A stretch of 58,650 nt of DNA from Alphaproteobacteria bacterium (lineage in GTDB: Bacteria > Pseudomonadota > Alphaproteobacteria > MPNO01 > UBA830), in NCBI GenBank assembly GCA_038106605.1, contig JAYOEF010000005.1, positions 1 to 58,650 on the forward strand. Direction: 5' to 3'. The position numbers and the translations under genes were made by a program. Shown here piece by piece: positions 56,384 through 58,650 of this stretch. Numbering within the stretch: position 1 is the stretch's first letter; each line of letters starts with the position of its first letter. The notes under the pieces were generated by a model. That model ran no database searches. It was not told where the DNA came from and was given only the letters and a program-made list of their open reading frames with translations.

Positions 56384-57457
56384 ATGAAAAAAGTTACGAA
56401 GAGTCTCATTGCGTCCGCGGTCGCCGCCGCGGTTGCAGGTTCGTTCGGCGGCGCGGTCCAGGCCAAGGAGATCAAGCTCACGGCCTCGTCGAGCCATCCG
56501 CCGATCGTTCCCTGGGTGAAGACCATCCAGGATCTGGTCGTTCCCGAAGCCAACAAGCGGCTCGAGAAGATGGGCAGCCCGCACCGCATCAAGTGGACGG
56601 AAGCCTATGCCGGCGCGCTCTATAACTTCCAGAACACGCTGGAAGGCATCGAGCAGGGCCTCGGCGACATCGGCTGGGTCGGCACCCTGTGGGAGCCGAT
56701 CAAGATGCCGCTCCATAACGTCACCTACTATGCGCCGTTCGCGGCGTTCGACGTCGTGCAGCTGCGCGATATCGCGACCGACATGGAGAAGGTTCCGGAA
56801 GTCGCGGCCGAGTGGACGAAGTACAACACCAAATTCCTCGGCACCCAGGTCGCTGACAGCTATCAGCTGATGACCAAGAAGCCGATCACGAAGGTCGAGG
56901 AAATCGAAGGCCTCAAGCTAATCACGCCCGGCGCGATCTCGGCGATGGTCCGCGGCACGGGCGCGATCCCGGTCGATGCCGGCCTTCCGGTGTTCTACAA
57001 CAACATGCAGACCGGCGTTGCCGACGGCTGCATCATCATCACGACGGGCATGCTGCCGTTCAAGCTGCACGAGGTCGCCCCGTACATCACTCGGGTCAAT
57101 CTCGGCGCGGTGAACTCCGGCGCCCTGGCGATGAACATGGACACGTGGAAGTCGCTGCCGAAGGACGTGCAGGAGGTCTTCACCGGTCTCGGCGTCGATT
57201 ACAGCAAGACGGTCGCCGAGCGCGTCGCGGCGTTCGAGAAGGTGTCTTTCGGCAAGCTTCCGACGCTGGGCGCGAAGCTCAGCGAGATGTCGGAAGACGA
57301 GCGCAAGCGTTGGGCGGCGAAGCTCCCGAACATCGCCGGAGAATGGGCGGCGGATCTCGAGAAGAAGGGCATCCCGGGCAAGGCGATCGTCGCCAAGTTC
57401 ATGGAAGCCGTTCGCGCCCGCGGCGGCAAGCCGCTCCGCGACTGGGACAAGGAATAG
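56384..57457 (+). CDS. TRAP transporter substrate-binding protein (DctP family)
   Basis: Signal peptide ..AVQA; G..G.GDIG, GLK, Y..MQTGVADG, L.EV, N...W..LP. Confidence 0.9.
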   Translation: MKKVTKSLIASAVAAAVAGSFGGAVQAKEIKLTASSSHPPIVPWVKTIQDLVVPEANKRLEKMGSPHRIKWTEAYAGALYNFQNTLEGIEQGLGDIGWVGTLWEPIKMPLHNVTYYAPFAAFDVVQLRDIATDMEKVPEVAAEWTKYNTKFLGTQVADSYQLMTKKPITKVEEIEGLKLITPGAISAMVRGTGAIPVDAGLPVFYNNMQTGVADGCIIITTGMLPFKLHEVAPYITRVNLGAVNSGALAMNMDTWKSLPKDVQEVFTGLGVDYSKTVAERVAAFEKVSFGKLPTLGAKLSEMSEDERKRWAAKLPNIAGEWAADLEKKGIPGKAIVAKFMEAVRARGGKPLRDWDKE

Positions 57458-57496
57458 GGAGAACGGGACGCCCGGGATCTCCCAGGCTCTCCGAAA

Positions 57497-58650
57497 ATGA
57501 ACTCTCCTGACGTCCTGAAATCGGCCGGCCCCGGCGTAACGTCGCTTCCGCGGCGCATCGCCGGGGCCTTCGGCCACCTTACCTCCTGGATGAACAGTCT
57601 GGGCACGGTGTGCGTCTTCGCCATGATGTGCCTCGTCTGCGCGGACATCGTCGGCCGTAACATTTTCCTCGCCCCGATCGTCGGCGTACCGGAGCTGATG
57701 GCCTACCTGATGGTAGGCATCGTCTTCCTGCAGATCGCCAATACGCTCTATGTCGGGCGTTTCACCCGCGCGGAGCTGGTGATCGAATGGCTCGCCCAGT
57801 ACCGGCCTGCCGCGGGCAGCCTGCTCGGCGCCGTGTTCGATATCGTCGGTGCCATCGTGTTCGCCGGCATCGCGATCGTTACCTATCCCGAATTCGCCTC
57901 GGCGTTCGCAACGAACGAGGTCGATGGAATGCCGGGCGTCTTCACGATCGTGCTCTGGCCGTTCCGCTTCATCGTGGTCGCCGGGTCGATCGCGACGGCG
58001 GTCGTCTTCGCCATCAATGCGGTCATCAACCTTCACAAGTTCGGGCCCAACGCCCGTGAGGCCATGTCGCGGCTGAACGACAGGCGGAGCGGGTGGCCTG
58101 CGGCGCTCGCCTTCGTCGCGGTCATCGTTTCGGCCTATTTCTTCGCGCAGAGCGGCCCGTCGAACGCCATGATCGGCCTTGTCTCCGTCGTCTTCATGGT
58201 CGCGCTGATCGGCTTCGGCATGCATATCGGCGTGGCGCTGATCGTCGTCGGTTTCGTCGGCATCATCCTGATCCGCGGACGCCCGGTGATCGCCGAACGC
58301 ACCCTCATGCACGCGGCGAACGAGTTCCTGCGGAACCACGTCCTCGCGGTCATCCCGCTGTTCGTGATGATGGGACTCCTCGTCGGCGTCTCGGATATCG
58401 GCCGCGAGACCTTCGACGTCGCGCGCTGGATGCTGCGCCGGATCAAGGGCGGTCTCGGCATCGCGACGGTCGCGGCGAACGCAATCTTCGCGGCGATCAC
58501 GGGATCCTCCATCGCATCGGCTGCGGTGTTCACGAAGATCGCGAGCCCCGAGATGCGGCGCCATGGGTACACCAAGCGCTTCTCGGTCGGCGTGGTCGCG
58601 GGAACGTCGGTGCTCGGCATGCTGATCCCGCCGAGCCTGCTGCTGATCAT
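57497..58650 (+). CDS. Fused TRAP permease DctQ-DctM, 3'-truncated by window edge (absent from the ORF track)
   Basis: One open frame from ATG 57497: DctQ-like ADIVGR...GVPEL...WPFR, then DctM-like IPLFVMMG, ITGSSIAS, PEMRRHGY, LGMLIPPS. Confidence 0.88.
   Translation, partial: MNSPDVLKSAGPGVTSLPRRIAGAFGHLTSWMNSLGTVCVFAMMCLVCADIVGRNIFLAPIVGVPELMAYLMVGIVFLQIANTLYVGRFTRAELVIEWLAQYRPAAGSLLGAVFDIVGAIVFAGIAIVTYPEFASAFATNEVDGMPGVFTIVLWPFRFIVVAGSIATAVVFAINAVINLHKFGPNAREAMSRLNDRRSGWPAALAFVAVIVSAYFFAQSGPSNAMIGLVSVVFMVALIGFGMHIGVALIVVGFVGIILIRGRPVIAERTLMHAANEFLRNHVLAVIPLFVMMGLLVGVSDIGRETFDVARWMLRRIKGGLGIATVAANAIFAAITGSSIASAAVFTKIASPEMRRHGYTKRFSVGVVAGTSVLGMLIPPSLLLI

Overview
58.6-kb chromosomal window from a high-GC alphaproteobacterium. 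It is probably Rhodospirillales-like: tRNA-His keeps G-1:C73, and there is an NDUFS4-like gene and a CtrA box. No integrase, transposase, CRISPR array or rRNA was recognised. Core genes are the Rrf2-sufBCDSU-sufT-sufA Fe-S operon, a DEAD-box helicase, parE, glnB-glnA with a sigma54/NtrC promoter, an aminotransferase, tRNA-His and nnr. They are interleaved with accessory catabolic and surface loci: the end of a ring-hydroxylating dioxygenase operon, two PEP-CTERM-type proteins, two orphan Rieske oxygenases, a Liv-type ABC transporter, a Bug-amidohydrolase-VOC operon, Tat-signal IorAB, 8-oxoguanine deaminase and a TRAP transporter. The best candidate for an undescribed system is the tightly coupled minus-strand block at 25.9-30.3 kb. 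It encodes an AbrB-family membrane protein, an APH/MtnK-like kinase, a non-canonical enolase paralogue (QDFM for QEFM, SARS for SHRS) and a D-2-hydroxyacid dehydrogenase, directly downstream of an ABC importer. This looks like a reduce-phosphorylate-dehydrate pathway for a glycerate-like acid. All calls come from motif recognition by eye; no searches were run.
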